This document shows, piece after piece, positions 1 to 10,062 of a stretch of DNA of 64,000 bases. The stretch is from a bacterium (GTDB lineage: Bacteria; Armatimonadota; Fimbriimonadia; Fimbriimonadales; Fimbriimonadaceae). The notes below the pieces were generated by a model. It was not told where the DNA came from. It ran no database searches and saw nothing but the letters and a program-made list of their open reading frames with translations. Position 1 is the stretch's first letter. Every line of letters starts with the position of its first letter. The translations under genes were made by a program, and so were the position numbers. The DNA lies in NCBI GenBank assembly GCA_027483535.1, contig JAIXUN010000001.1, forward strand, positions 101,432 to 165,431. Direction: 5' to 3'.

Positions 1-21
1 AGCGATATGGGAAACATACAA

Positions 22-54
22 AAAAGGTCGAGAGAACTAAGCTCTCGACCTTTT
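22..54. terminator. Intrinsic (probably bidirectional) terminator
   Basis: AAAAGGTCGAGAG / CTCTCGACCTTTT 13-bp inverted repeat with A/T tracts, just downstream of the minus-strand PEP-CTERM gene. Confidence 0.8.
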
Positions 55-73
55 CTAGGGTGATTCGGTTTGC

Positions 74-721
74 TTAAGCAGACTTGCGTCGTCGAGCGAA
101 AGCGGCTAGACCGAGGCCAAGCGCGGCAAGGGTCGCGGGCTCAGGAACCAGAGCCGCCTCGGCTGCGAAGTTGTCGTAATAAGTTGAATTAGGAAAGTTA
201 CCGGTACCCGCTTGAAAGAGGAAAGACTGAGCCACTACCGAAGAGTTTCCACCGTTGTTCCAACCCACGCCAGCGTAGCTGGGAAAAACTCCGTTGTGCG
301 GGTCACTGAACACGGTTGCGAGCAACGTTCCTGTACCGTTTGGACCGGAATAAGCGTAGATCACGGCTTGGTCTTGGTCGTTATTGAAATCGCCGAATTC
401 GAATTCGAAGGCAGAGACGGGGCTGCTGAAATTCGCCATGAAGATTCCGTTCCCATTGGAACCGGAATTGTTTGGATTTAGACTGCGTGATCGCCAAGAC
501 AGCGGAAACTGGAATGCTGTTCCTCGGAAAGGATTCGTGTCGATGATGTCAAACGTGGTGCTGGGCCGCGTCAGGGTCATCGTCAGCCCATTGTCGGTTA
601 GGACAAGTGAACTCAGGGCACCACCTGAAGTAGCGGCAAGACCTTCGAACGTGTACATCGAAAACGCCTGTGCTCCACCAACAATGCCGAACGCGGCAAT
701 AGCAATTCCAAAACCTTTCAT
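74..721 (-). CDS. PEP-CTERM sorting domain protein
   Basis: N-terminal signal peptide; C-terminal VPEPATLAALGLGLAAFARRRKSA (PEP motif, TM helix, basic tail). Confidence 0.92.
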   Translation of the reverse strand: MKGFGIAIAAFGIVGGAQAFSMYTFEGLAATSGGALSSLVLTDNGLTMTLTRPSTTFDIIDTNPFRGTAFQFPLSWRSRSLNPNNSGSNGNGIFMANFSSPVSAFEFEFGDFNNDQDQAVIYAYSGPNGTGTLLATVFSDPHNGVFPSYAGVGWNNGGNSSVVAQSFLFQAGTGNFPNSTYYDNFAAEAALVPEPATLAALGLGLAAFARRRKSA

Positions 722-822
722 AGTTTCCCCAGATAAATACTAGCCCAGATTCAGACAAGAGAGGAAACGACCAGAGTCGTTCCCGTATTAATACTAGTCA
801 AGAAAAGGTTAGGAAGGACCCG

Positions 823-1467
823 TCAGATCGGGATGGCGTACGTTTCAACGGGCCCAGAAGCGGGTTTCACGAACACCCCATAGGTCTTCCCGGAGGCGGC
901 ATTGAGGTTAATACTTGTTCCAGTGATAGTGGTGCTGCCAGGAGCAGTGAGGAAGAGCTTGTAGGTGCCTTTGTCCAAGATCACCTCACCCATGCCACCC
1001 GCAACCACGTTAGACCATTTTTGAACGGCTCCCGCGACAGTTGTGGCGGTCGAAAGAACCAAGTGAGCATCCACCGCTTCCGTACCGGAATTCACGAAGA
1101 AAACGGCCGCTTCATTGGAGGTTGGAAGCCGGAAAGGATCGATGAGGAAGACACCTGGATTGGTGAGAACCCAGAACGGCGTTTTGTCGGTCCCCAAGGT
1201 TCGGGTGACGTTCACGATATCCGTCGTCGTTCCGGAAACGCGCACATTGATGTTCTTCGACCCACTTGGCACAAAGAACTTGGTGAAGTTCCCTTTTGCG
1301 GTGGTCGCCGCAAGAGTGCCGTCCACGCGCGTTTCAAGCCCGGGGGTGTCGTAGCCAATGTTTACAATGCCGAAGTAGGCCGTATTTGGAGTCGTCGAAT
1401 TGCCACCCGAACCGCCACCGCAAGCGATGAGACAGAGAAGGACGAGCAAGCCAAGATAGCGGACCAT
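823..1467 (-). CDS. Lipoprotein, DUF4397-like beta-rich domain
   Basis: Lipobox LIAC-GGG; two repeats resembling the DUF4397 pattern (VN...G..T.VDG; FVNSG..AVD.HL); TATAAT 5 nt before ATG. Confidence 0.7.
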   Translation of the reverse strand: MVRYLGLLVLLCLIACGGGSGGNSTTPNTAYFGIVNIGYDTPGLETRVDGTLAATTAKGNFTKFFVPSGSKNINVRVSGTTTDIVNVTRTLGTDKTPFWVLTNPGVFLIDPFRLPTSNEAAVFFVNSGTEAVDAHLVLSTATTVAGAVQKWSNVVAGGMGEVILDKGTYKLFLTAPGSTTITGTSINLNAASGKTYGVFVKPASGPVETYAIPI

Positions 1468-1548
1468 ACGCGATTATAGCGACCCAAGGAACGGTTTAGG
1501 AATCGGAGCGCCTGAACGGAATACGGGAAATCCTGATGAACCCTGGAC

Positions 1549-2271
1549 CTACTTTTTCAAGACGAATCGTAAGAGTTCTTTCTCCCCGCGCGACAGCACG
1601 AGTTCCCCTTCTTCCACGTAGCCCCGATTCACCTTTTCCAAGAGGCGAATGAACTTGGACTCTAGCTGCATCGCGGCTTCCTCACCCGCCATCATGGTCA
1701 TTCCGCCTGGGTCGATTTGCATGAGCGGACCCTCGGACTGATAGTTACCGAAATAGCGGTTCACTCCTCCAAAGCCGTTGATCTTTAGCTCTCGGGAATC
1801 GAAGCGGATGGTGGGTGGCTCTTCGATGCCTTCAAGCTTTTTGCCCTCTACCGCAAAGAGAGTCCAGTTCTTTTCCGATAAGCTCCACGCGGCCATTGAA
1901 GCCACTTTCACCAGAGGCAATACAGGCCGAATCTTCGAGTTTGGACTAATCATGAAAGCCTTGGCCGTCTCGAACATTCTCTTCCCATTGAGCACTACTT
2001 CGGCCCGGAGACCGTACCGGACTCCCTTTTTATAGGCTGCGCGGGGGATGGGCAGTTGGAAAGGGAGAGGCGACTGCTTTCCTGTAAGCGTTTGGGAGAC
2101 CTCGGCCACATTGGTTTGACCTTCCTTCGCAAAGGCATCGAGGCTGACCGTCAGCACGGCTCCAGCCGGGATCGCGATTCTCTCGCGGTGAACGGCCTCA
2201 CCCGCAATCAACTCGAACCCGCTCTGGGTCTGCGCGATGAGAATGCCTGTGACTGCAAGTGCGGAAATCAT
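1549..2271 (-). CDS. YbaY-like lipoprotein domain fused to META domain
   Basis: N-half IPAGAVLTVSL...QSPLPFQL...YGLRAEV (YbaY-like); C-half W.L..VEG...PTIRFD...GFGGVNRYFGNY...MTMMA (META/HslJ). Confidence 0.8.
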   Translation of the reverse strand: MISALAVTGILIAQTQSGFELIAGEAVHRERIAIPAGAVLTVSLDAFAKEGQTNVAEVSQTLTGKQSPLPFQLPIPRAAYKKGVRYGLRAEVVLNGKRMFETAKAFMISPNSKIRPVLPLVKVASMAAWSLSEKNWTLFAVEGKKLEGIEEPPTIRFDSRELKINGFGGVNRYFGNYQSEGPLMQIDPGGMTMMAGEEAAMQLESKFIRLLEKVNRGYVEEGELVLSRGEKELLRFVLKK

Positions 2272-2373
2272 ACAGTGCTTAGACGTCTCAAGCCTCGGAA
2301 AGGCTAACCAAAAAATCCTGGCCGGTGAGCTAAAAGGGCACCGGCCGTTGGTTCAACGTGTCAAGGCTTGGCT

Positions 2374-2901
2374 TTACTTGAAGATCACCTTTGCCGAGGG
2401 ATCAACCTTGTAGAGCGTTTCCCGTCCCGGCATCCAACGTTCTTTGGCGAAGTATTCCGCTGTGACAAGGATGGTTCCGTCCGACTTCAGTTCGCTGATT
2501 CCACGCACCTTGCTGATTCCGTTGGCATCGCCTTTGACCTCTTCTATGGAGGTGAATTTTCCTGCCGAGAGTTCGAGAGTGCCTTCGGTGCGGAATCCGG
2601 CCGTCGTCAGATAGAAGTACCCGACCGCCTTCTTTTCGGCATCCCAGTAGATGAGCGTCTCGCCGCCGTACTCGCCCTCGTTCAGGCTGTGCATGGTTCG
2701 GATGGCCTTTCCGTTCATCGCACGTTCCATACGCATCACGTCCACTAAGGGCTTCTCTGGGGTTGAGTTCTTGAAAACTCCTCGATACGTCTTGTTCAAG
2801 AACGGTCGCAAAGGCTCAAGATGCGGGTCGAGCGATTCCTCCGCAGACGGTCCACTCCCCAGGGGAAGCGCGATGGCGATAATGGCAAGAGCACAATTCA
2901 T
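2374..2901 (-). CDS. Secreted hypothetical protein (beta-barrel-like)
   Basis: 175-aa ORF with signal peptide-like N-terminus; -10-like TAGAGT 6 nt upstream of ATG. Confidence 0.7.
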   Translation of the reverse strand: MNCALAIIAIALPLGSGPSAEESLDPHLEPLRPFLNKTYRGVFKNSTPEKPLVDVMRMERAMNGKAIRTMHSLNEGEYGGETLIYWDAEKKAVGYFYLTTAGFRTEGTLELSAGKFTSIEEVKGDANGISKVRGISELKSDGTILVTAEYFAKERWMPGRETLYKVDPSAKVIFK

Positions 2902-2938
2902 ATTTGAACTCTATCACTCCTTTTGGCGGAGCCGTTTC

Positions 2939-2974
2939 AAAAAAATCCCCCGTCGGACCTTGCCGACGAGGGAT
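2939..2974 (-). terminator. Intrinsic terminator of chemoreceptor gene
   Basis: On minus strand ATCCCTCGTCGG-CAAGGT-CCGACGGGGGAT followed by T tract. Confidence 0.7.
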
Positions 2975-2999
2975 CTCAGGACCTGCTTTCCCGAACGGG

Positions 3000-5432
3000 T
3001 TAGGCGGCTTTCTTGTACGACGGCGTCGTCGTCGCTAGATTCGACCCATCGTCCTTCAGGCGGAACTGTGCGGCGAGCTCTTGCATCTTGACCGCAAGTT
3101 CGCTGAGTTCTGCCGACTGAGCGGTGAGCTCTTCGGTCGCTGCCATCTGCTGTTGAGCGGAGGTGCTGACGCTCTCCACCTGATTCGCGACCTCGTTGGT
3201 CGTTGCCGACATTTCTTGGGCAGCAGCGGCGTTCTCCTCGGCGGCGGCAGCGGCTTGCTCAACAGAGCTCTTCACTCCGTGCGACAAGGTGTCTACACGA
3301 CCCATTCGATTCTCGACTCGCTTTACCGGCTCAGAGAGAGCCTGAACTTGCTCGAGAATGCTCGCGAGCGACTCCTTCGCCGAAGACGAAAGCTTTACGC
3401 CGCTATCGACGGCATCGTTGGCCTCCGACATGGCAGAACTCGACTCGCCGACCAGACCTCGCATCTCCTCGATGAGAGAAGCGATATCGCGGGTAGCTGC
3501 GGCGCACCTTTCGGCGAGCTTTCGGACCTCATCAGCAACAACCGCGAAGCCGCGTCCATGCTCTCCGGCTCGAGCCGCCTCGATGGCGGCGTTCAAGGCA
3601 AGAAGATTGGTTTGACCCGCAATTTCGTCGATGAGATTGACGATCGCTCCGATCTGACCCGACTTCTCGTTCAGGTTCTCAAGACGATTCGCAACCGTGG
3701 CGGTGCGGTTCTTGATCTGATCCATTCCGTCGAGCGTTTGTTGAACAGCCTGACCACCTTGGTTGGCAGTCTTTGCAGCAAGCGTGGTTGCCTGACTGAC
3801 TTCGGTGAGAGCCGTCGTCGCCGACTCAATGGATTCCGCCATTTCGCTCACCTCGTTCATGACCCGATTCAGCAGCATTGCCTGATGCTCGGAAGCCTTA
3901 GCGACTTCGGAAGAAGCATTAGACGTTTCGCCAGAAGCGTGCTGAATGTTGATGGCGCTGTCTGCCACCGACTCGGAGGCGTTCGCAATTTGTCCGGCGG
4001 CACCGGACAACATCTTCGAAAGGTCGGTGACTTTGCCACTCACCTCTTGAAGCGTCTTGATGGTTCCGGCAACGCTCGATACAACGGTTCTCATGGCATG
4101 ACCCATGACATCCTCTTCGGCTTGCGCTCGTTCGTCGTAACGAAGTCGCAGATCACCTGCGGCGATCCTACTTGCCCAGCCCGTGTACTCGCGCATTTTC
4201 GAAACAAGGAACCGCATGCCTGTGGCAAGCCCACCGATTTCGTCGTTACGGCTGTAGCTGATTTCGACGTCGAGATCGCCATGCTGCAATCGGTCGAGCG
4301 CGCCTGCCATTTGCTCGATCGGCTTGGTGATCGAATTTGCGATCATGACCGCTCCGAAAAGGAGGATGGCCACGGTTATGAAAGCGAGGAGTGTGAGTTG
4401 AGAACGCGCGGCATTAGAGGTGGCAAAGAAGTCACTCGCTGCATCAGAAACTAGAACGCTCCACTTGAGCCCCGGATATCCCAGAGCACCCTTGGAGTGG
4501 GTGTAACCAACGGCAACTTCGTTTCCGGAAGCATCTTTGTACACCGAGGTCCCGGATTTTCCGGCGATGGCAGCCTTTGCACCCGGATCTCCCTTTTCAA
4601 CAAGGTTAGCGGCAGCAAATTTTGTTTCGTTGCTCTCGATAGGTTTTTGGGTACCCGCATCCACCATGTAACGGTCCAGAATCAAACCCTTCGAGTCGAT
4701 CAGCGTGAGTACGGGCGACTTCATGCCCGCCTGGGTCATTTCTCCGTGACCCTCGGCGAGGATGTTCTCCACAACCGCCATTCGCGCGTAGTTTCGCCAA
4801 ACGCCGATGACCTTGCCTTTCGCGTCCTTCACAGGGGCACTGAACGCCATGAGAGCACCCGGGTCGTTCTTGAAAATCTGATCCAGGTCCGCGAACTCCG
4901 CGGGTTCGTCTACCCAAGTTCCGGTGAGCTTCTCGGTTTCGACAAACTTGCCTGCAAGGCAGTTTTTGAACCATTCCGAGTTCGCAAAACTCTTCTTGTA
5001 GAGAGACTTGGTGTTGACCGCATTTCCTTCGAAGTCGATGCCGTTAACGGCAACAACACGCCCTTTCAGATCGACCATCATCATGAGGCGATAGACGGGG
5101 CTGTAATTCACCATGTATTTGTTCATGGCGGCGGCGATGGCGTTGTCAGCGGTCGGCTTGTACCAACTGGCCGAGTCTTTGACAACATCGTTCAGTCCAA
5201 AGGCCTGAACGTCACCGTATCGTTCAAAAAGGTTTCGCTCTATCCGACTCACAACGGTTTGAGACTGAGACTGAAGGCTCTCTTCTCTCTGCATCGTGAG
5301 TTGACCAATATTTCCAAGCGCAACAAAGGTGGCAATGATGAGGGGTACCAAGCCAAAGGCTAGGAACATCAGCACCAAGCGGTGCTTCAACGAACGAACT
5401 TTAAACATGTTTTTTCGCGGTCCTGCTCTCAT
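3000..5432 (-). CDS. Methyl-accepting chemotaxis protein (Cache-like sensor, HAMP, MCP signalling domain)
   Basis: Two TM helices, HAMP segment, hairpin-tip motif [37 protein letters not shown]; start may be at 5408. Confidence 0.95.
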   Translation of the reverse strand: MRAGPRKNMFKVRSLKHRLVLMFLAFGLVPLIIATFVALGNIGQLTMQREESLQSQSQTVVSRIERNLFERYGDVQAFGLNDVVKDSASWYKPTADNAIAAAMNKYMVNYSPVYRLMMMVDLKGRVVAVNGIDFEGNAVNTKSLYKKSFANSEWFKNCLAGKFVETEKLTGTWVDEPAEFADLDQIFKNDPGALMAFSAPVKDAKGKVIGVWRNYARMAVVENILAEGHGEMTQAGMKSPVLTLIDSKGLILDRYMVDAGTQKPIESNETKFAAANLVEKGDPGAKAAIAGKSGTSVYKDASGNEVAVGYTHSKGALGYPGLKWSVLVSDAASDFFATSNAARSQLTLLAFITVAILLFGAVMIANSITKPIEQMAGALDRLQHGDLDVEISYSRNDEIGGLATGMRFLVSKMREYTGWASRIAAGDLRLRYDERAQAEEDVMGHAMRTVVSSVAGTIKTLQEVSGKVTDLSKMLSGAAGQIANASESVADSAINIQHASGETSNASSEVAKASEHQAMLLNRVMNEVSEMAESIESATTALTEVSQATTLAAKTANQGGQAVQQTLDGMDQIKNRTATVANRLENLNEKSGQIGAIVNLIDEIAGQTNLLALNAAIEAARAGEHGRGFAVVADEVRKLAERCAAATRDIASLIEEMRGLVGESSSAMSEANDAVDSGVKLSSSAKESLASILEQVQALSEPVKRVENRMGRVDTLSHGVKSSVEQAAAAAEENAAAAQEMSATTNEVANQVESVSTSAQQQMAATEELTAQSAELSELAVKMQELAAQFRLKDDGSNLATTTPSYKKAA

Positions 5433-5663
5433 TTTTGGCAGGTCGGAGCCGTTAGGTTAGGTTTTTGACAATAAGACAAAAAACTGAACAATGAGCTCTT
5501 GGGCGAAATCTGATATTCTTTAGATGAGTAGGGTTTTTTGCTAGGATGGCAAAGTCGTCTCTCCTCGAAAACACACGGATGTGAAAAAATGGCCATTAAA
5601 GGATTGGCGTTAAGGGCACCGACTCGCGGGACGATTTTGTCTACTCAAGACGATCCTCGAAAC

Positions 5664-6770
5664 ATGACGAACCCGGATCCTTCGCAAACGCCGAAGGTTC
5701 AGCGGAATGAAGCTATCGACGTCTTGAAGGGGATCGGTATCACATTCGTCCTGCTCAATCACTGCTTCGCGCGAGGATCGCGAAAGTTTTTGGGAATGTC
5801 TGTCGAAGACGATCCGATCTTATACGCCATCAACCGAGCCATCCACTTTGCGGTTCCGGTTTTCCTTTTCATCTCGTGCGCACTTTTGGCAAGGAGTCTG
5901 GCGAAGCGATTTGATATTGGCAAGTACGCCAAGTCTCGCGCGCGGAAGACCCTTGTTCCGTACCTGGTCGCAAGCCTGCTCTACTTCCTCTGGGCGAACG
6001 GAAACCCGTTCACAACCGCCTGGGATTGGCAGCGTTTAGGCGTGAACCTTCTGACAGGCAAGTCATCGTTCCACTTGTACTTCACGGTTGTTTTGCTTCA
6101 GGCAGGTGTAGCAATACCGTTCTTGATTTCGCTGAGCAACGGCAAGAAGTGGTCGATTCCGGTGGCGTTTGGCGCGGGAATTGCCGCGCAACTTGCGGTT
6201 TACGCAGCACAAAGGGCGTTCTTTGGGTGGCAAAATCCAGGCTCGGTCCTGCTGTGGTACATCCTACCGCTCGTCCTAGGAATCGCCGTCGGCATGGATA
6301 CCGAAAGCACGGTTAAGCTCCGAAAGTATCTGCCGCATTTGGGCGTTGCGACACTTGCAGGGCTTTTGGTTTATGTATGGGTTTCGGTTGGGAAGTTCTT
6401 TGAGCACCCCGGAACGAGCGACCAGATCAACGGCTCGTACGCCATCTTCACCGCCACCTTGAGTCTCTTCCTTTGGACGATTGCTCAGGAATGGCCCAAG
6501 GGTATTGCTCGGCAATACTTCAACGCGATTGGGAAGGTGTCTTTGCCCGTTTTCCTGGTTCACCCGTTTGTAATGAGCCTTGCGGGCGGACCGAGGTTGA
6601 CGAACATCTTCTTAGCAATTCCCGGTGGATGGATCTTTTACTTCCTCACCATCGTGAGCGTGAGCTACGGGTTTGCCGTCGCCTTTTCCAAACTTGGCGT
6701 TGGTCGGTGGGTATTGGGTCAGGGTCCGCTCTTTAACAGAATGAAGCCGGCTGCCGTCAAGGCGGGGTAA
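5664..6770 (+). CDS. Acyltransferase 3 family (OafA/WecH-like) membrane O-acyltransferase
   Basis: IDVLKGIGI...VLLNH, FAVPVFLFIS, FHLYF and SLPVFLVHP motifs; multiple TM helices; ORF track starts at 5538, ATG 5664 preferred. Confidence 0.85.
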   Translation: MTNPDPSQTPKVQRNEAIDVLKGIGITFVLLNHCFARGSRKFLGMSVEDDPILYAINRAIHFAVPVFLFISCALLARSLAKRFDIGKYAKSRARKTLVPYLVASLLYFLWANGNPFTTAWDWQRLGVNLLTGKSSFHLYFTVVLLQAGVAIPFLISLSNGKKWSIPVAFGAGIAAQLAVYAAQRAFFGWQNPGSVLLWYILPLVLGIAVGMDTESTVKLRKYLPHLGVATLAGLLVYVWVSVGKFFEHPGTSDQINGSYAIFTATLSLFLWTIAQEWPKGIARQYFNAIGKVSLPVFLVHPFVMSLAGGPRLTNIFLAIPGGWIFYFLTIVSVSYGFAVAFSKLGVGRWVLGQGPLFNRMKPAAVKAG

Positions 6771-6780
6771 CGTCCGACTC

Positions 6781-7635
6781 GTGATCACTGGGATAATCGG
6801 CGTGCTGTCTTCCGTTGTTGGAACTGTCGTTGGGATGAACCGGGCAGGTGGTGACTTCGAAGCGAATCAGTCGCTGATTGTCATGACCTATAACCTGCGT
6901 TACGGCACGGCCCCAGACGGTGAGAACAGTTGGCAGTATCGACGAGAGTCTGTGATCGAGCTCATTCGATCGGTTTCGCCCGACGTGATCGGGGTTCAAG
7001 AAGCCCTCGCCGGACAAATCGATGAGCTTGTCGCGGCTCTCCCGGAGTACGCGGCGTTTGGCGCGGGAAGGGACGACGGATTGCGCGGCGGCGAACACAG
7101 TTCGGTTCTCTACCGCAAGGATCGGTTAGGACTGATCGAGGGCGGGACGAAGTGGATCAGCGCCACCCCAGATAAGCCGGGTTCCAAGGGTCCGGGAGCG
7201 AACCTACCGCGCGTATTCACCTGGGGTGAGTTCGTCACCAATCAGGGATACCGATTCCTCGCTGTTAATGCCCACCTCGATCACCAATCGGATGCGGCCA
7301 GATTGCTCGGCACGACAAACATGCTCGAGTTCGTCAAGGCGCGTGGCACCAAAGCGGCGCTTGTGATGGGCGATTTCAACTGCACTAAGGGAAGCGCTCC
7401 CATAGACGTGCTGGACAAGAGCGGAATTCTGACCCCTGCCCGACCCGCAAAGGGTCCATACGTGACCTTCAACGGATTCAACCCGACGGTTACGGAGGGC
7501 GAGATGATCGATCACATCTTCTTCACCTCGGGCTGGACGATCAATGAAGTGAGTATCGACCGCCGTCTAACCAAGGCGGGCCGAGCCCCCAGCGATCACT
7601 ACCCCGTAATTGCTAAGGTTTCGCTGGTGCCCTGA
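6781..7635 (+). CDS. Endonuclease/exonuclease/phosphatase family protein
   Basis: MTYNLR, PDVIGVQE, NAHLDH, MGDFN, IDHIF, SDHYPV motifs. Confidence 0.92.
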   Translation: MITGIIGVLSSVVGTVVGMNRAGGDFEANQSLIVMTYNLRYGTAPDGENSWQYRRESVIELIRSVSPDVIGVQEALAGQIDELVAALPEYAAFGAGRDDGLRGGEHSSVLYRKDRLGLIEGGTKWISATPDKPGSKGPGANLPRVFTWGEFVTNQGYRFLAVNAHLDHQSDAARLLGTTNMLEFVKARGTKAALVMGDFNCTKGSAPIDVLDKSGILTPARPAKGPYVTFNGFNPTVTEGEMIDHIFFTSGWTINEVSIDRRLTKAGRAPSDHYPVIAKVSLVP

Positions 7636-8669
7636 GGGAGGCGCTGCTCCTCCTGAGCGAGCACTTCAAAGAACTCTTCGAGCGTTTGGGTGAGCTTGAG
7701 CGCCTCGAAGTGCGGAAAGTCGCCGTGATTGTTCGCAAACTTGATCCACTGCTTCAGGCGAAATAGACCGCCCACCCCGCCTTGCCCAAGGGGACCTTGA
7801 GTCTCTAGCCTGCGTTGCGATCGAAAACCGCTCTTCTCCTTCTTGCGAGCCATTTGAGCGTGAAGGTCGAGTAAGAACTCTTTGAAGAGGGTTTCCCAAA
7901 GAAAATCAGGTTGAGCTTCGTGAGTCAGTCCGAGTTCAGTGGCGATTTGCCAGGACAAGATGGGATTCGCAAGAGCGCTGCGGCCGATCATGAACTTATC
8001 GCACCCGGTCTCTTCGCGGCATCGGCGGAACTCATCGATTGTCCAAATGTCGCCGTTTGCGATGACGGGAATGGCTAGTTGTTCGCGCACTTTTCCGACC
8101 TGTGCCCAGAAGACTGGCGGCTTGTAAGACTGCACTCGGGTTCGAGCGTGGATGGTGATCCAAGAGGCACCCCCTTCTTGCACCATCGCCGCGTTCTCGA
8201 ACACGGGGTCGATGGAGTCCCAGCCGAGTCGGATCTTTGCCGAGACCGGAATCTCTGCGGGAACGGCCTCTCGAACGGCTTGCACGATCTCCCGGATACG
8301 ACACGGGTAGCGGAGCAAAGATGCCCCTCCGTCGTTGCGATTCACCGTGGGTGCCGGACACCCGAAGTTGATGTCGATAGCGGTTGCGCCGACCTTCACC
8401 GCGGTTTGAGCCGATTTTGCCATTCGCACCGGGTCGCCACCAAGGATCTGCACTTGCACGGGCAGACCCGTTTCGGTTTGAGCTCCGGTCAGGAGTTCGG
8501 GAACCTCTCTTCGAAAAACTTTGCCCGGAATGGGCGTTTCGCTCACGCGGAGGAACTCCGTGACGGCATAGGAGAATGCGCCCCATCGACCCTGGAAAGC
8601 CCTCATGGCGGCGTCGGTGACGCCGTCCATGGGAGCCAAAACCAAAGCGGGACCATCTTTGGGGAGCAC
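7599..8669 (-). CDS. dus: tRNA-dihydrouridine synthase (DusC-like)
   Basis: LAPMDGVTD, IDINFGCP, VSAKIRLG, TIHART, VIANGDI, MIGRSAL motifs. Confidence 0.92.
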   Translation of the reverse strand: MLPKDGPALVLAPMDGVTDAAMRAFQGRWGAFSYAVTEFLRVSETPIPGKVFRREVPELLTGAQTETGLPVQVQILGGDPVRMAKSAQTAVKVGATAIDINFGCPAPTVNRNDGGASLLRYPCRIREIVQAVREAVPAEIPVSAKIRLGWDSIDPVFENAAMVQEGGASWITIHARTRVQSYKPPVFWAQVGKVREQLAIPVIANGDIWTIDEFRRCREETGCDKFMIGRSALANPILSWQIATELGLTHEAQPDFLWETLFKEFLLDLHAQMARKKEKSGFRSQRRLETQGPLGQGGVGGLFRLKQWIKFANNHGDFPHFEALKLTQTLEEFFEVLAQEEQRLPQGTSETLAITG

Positions 8670-8696
8670 CTCTTTATTGTGAAGGGTTTCTCTGGC

Positions 8697-9461
8697 CTAT
8701 CGAACGAGCCCGCGCTCTTTCAGGTTCAAGATAGAAACGGTTGCGGTTTCCAATCCGGTGAGATGGCGTAGACGATCCTGCTCGACCACACCCCATTCGA
8801 TGCCAAGTTCAAGAGCCTTTCGCATCGCTTGCTCGATGGGCACCGCACCCGTTCCAACTGCCGTCCACTTTGGTTCTCTCGTTGGCGCCTCGATGACGTC
8901 CTTGATGTGAATGCAAGGGACTCGCCCCGCAAAACGTTCGAGGATCGTGACGGGATCAGCCCCGCCGATGGCGATCCAAGCGATATCAAGCTCAAAGAAG
9001 ACCGAGTCTGGATCGGTCTGGTCGGCGAGAATATCCATTGCCGCCGCACCCCGGAAAGTGTTTCTAAACTCTTGATCGTGGTTGTGATAGCAGAGCTTCA
9101 CCCCGTCTTGGATGAGAACCTGCCCCGCTTTATTAAGCACTTGCGAAACATCGTCGAGTTCTTGCCGGGTCTTGCAAGGAGCCCACCACATGCTCACTTT
9201 AGGGGACCGAATCGATGCCGCTTTGTGCCGAATGCCATCCAGATCTTCGACCAAATCTTGGAGCGAAGCACTTACCGTCAAGGGCTGAAGACCAAGGCCG
9301 TGAAATCGCTTGAGGTTCTCGGAAACATCGCCTTCAAGAAGGAACTCACATCCTTCGATTCCCCGATAACCAAGGGCAGCGACTTTTTCGAGTGTCCCCC
9401 ATAGGTCGACCTTATACTCGTCGCCGACGATGCCGATGAGTCCGATGTTCATTGAATCCAT
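8697..9461 (-). CDS. Sugar phosphate isomerase/epimerase (xylose isomerase-like TIM barrel)
   Basis: YHNHDQEF, FELDIAW, IHIKD, VVEQD motifs. Confidence 0.9.
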   Translation of the reverse strand: MDSMNIGLIGIVGDEYKVDLWGTLEKVAALGYRGIEGCEFLLEGDVSENLKRFHGLGLQPLTVSASLQDLVEDLDGIRHKAASIRSPKVSMWWAPCKTRQELDDVSQVLNKAGQVLIQDGVKLCYHNHDQEFRNTFRGAAAMDILADQTDPDSVFFELDIAWIAIGGADPVTILERFAGRVPCIHIKDVIEAPTREPKWTAVGTGAVPIEQAMRKALELGIEWGVVEQDRLRHLTGLETATVSILNLKERGLVR

Positions 9462-9519
9462 ACGGTTAGGTTAGCCAATCCCGGCGAGGGCCTAACTGTA
9501 TTTACTTACAATGCGAATC

Positions 9520-9969
9520 TCAGAGATTGATCTCGAAGATTCGCCGACCCGTCTGGGGCTTGAGTCCAAGTTTGCGATAGAAGTTTTCCGCCCGGGTGTT
9601 GTGATCGAGCACGGCAAGTTCAAGATGCTTGCACCCCAACTGCTTCGCTTGTTGGATCACTTCTTGGAGGACTTGCGATCCCAAGCCCTGTCCCCGTGCC
9701 TCTTCTACTAGGTAGAAGTCGGTGACGACACCGAGCTTTCCTCCGAACTCGTGGTCGAAACCGAAGGTGAGGACGATGTATCCCATGGGCATTCCATCCC
9801 GCTCGACTTGCCAAAAGCGTCCTAGTTCTGGACTGACCAGTAACGCAGAAATGGCTTTCCGAACTTTCTCATCAAACACAAGTTCGTCGAGTTCGTAGTA
9901 TCGGCTCACCCATCGCTCAGCGGCAATGGCATCAGCGATTACCAATTCTCGGAGTCGAAAACTATCCAT
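9520..9969 (-). CDS. GNAT family N-acetyltransferase
   Basis: DFYLVEEARGQGLGSQ acetyl-CoA motif A; N..AENFYRKLG. Confidence 0.9.
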   Translation of the reverse strand: MDSFRLRELVIADAIAAERWVSRYYELDELVFDEKVRKAISALLVSPELGRFWQVERDGMPMGYIVLTFGFDHEFGGKLGVVTDFYLVEEARGQGLGSQVLQEVIQQAKQLGCKHLELAVLDHNTRAENFYRKLGLKPQTGRRIFEINL

Positions 9970-10062
9970 GTTCAGAGACTATATCTGAGGTCCTTTTTAC
10001 TGACTGAATATGACACTAGCAAATATCTATCGAAAAGAATAGGATGCTGGCGAGGGGAAGAA

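Noticed and set aside
736-797. Operator upstream of the first PEP-CTERM gene (GTATTAATAC palindrome, AATACTAG twice)
   Set aside because: Short AT-rich motifs that may simply be -10 elements; no second occurrence to support a regulator site.
5433-5660. c-di-GMP riboswitch upstream of the chemoreceptor
   Set aside because: No GEMM GAAA/GCAAA tetraloop-receptor architecture visible on either strand.
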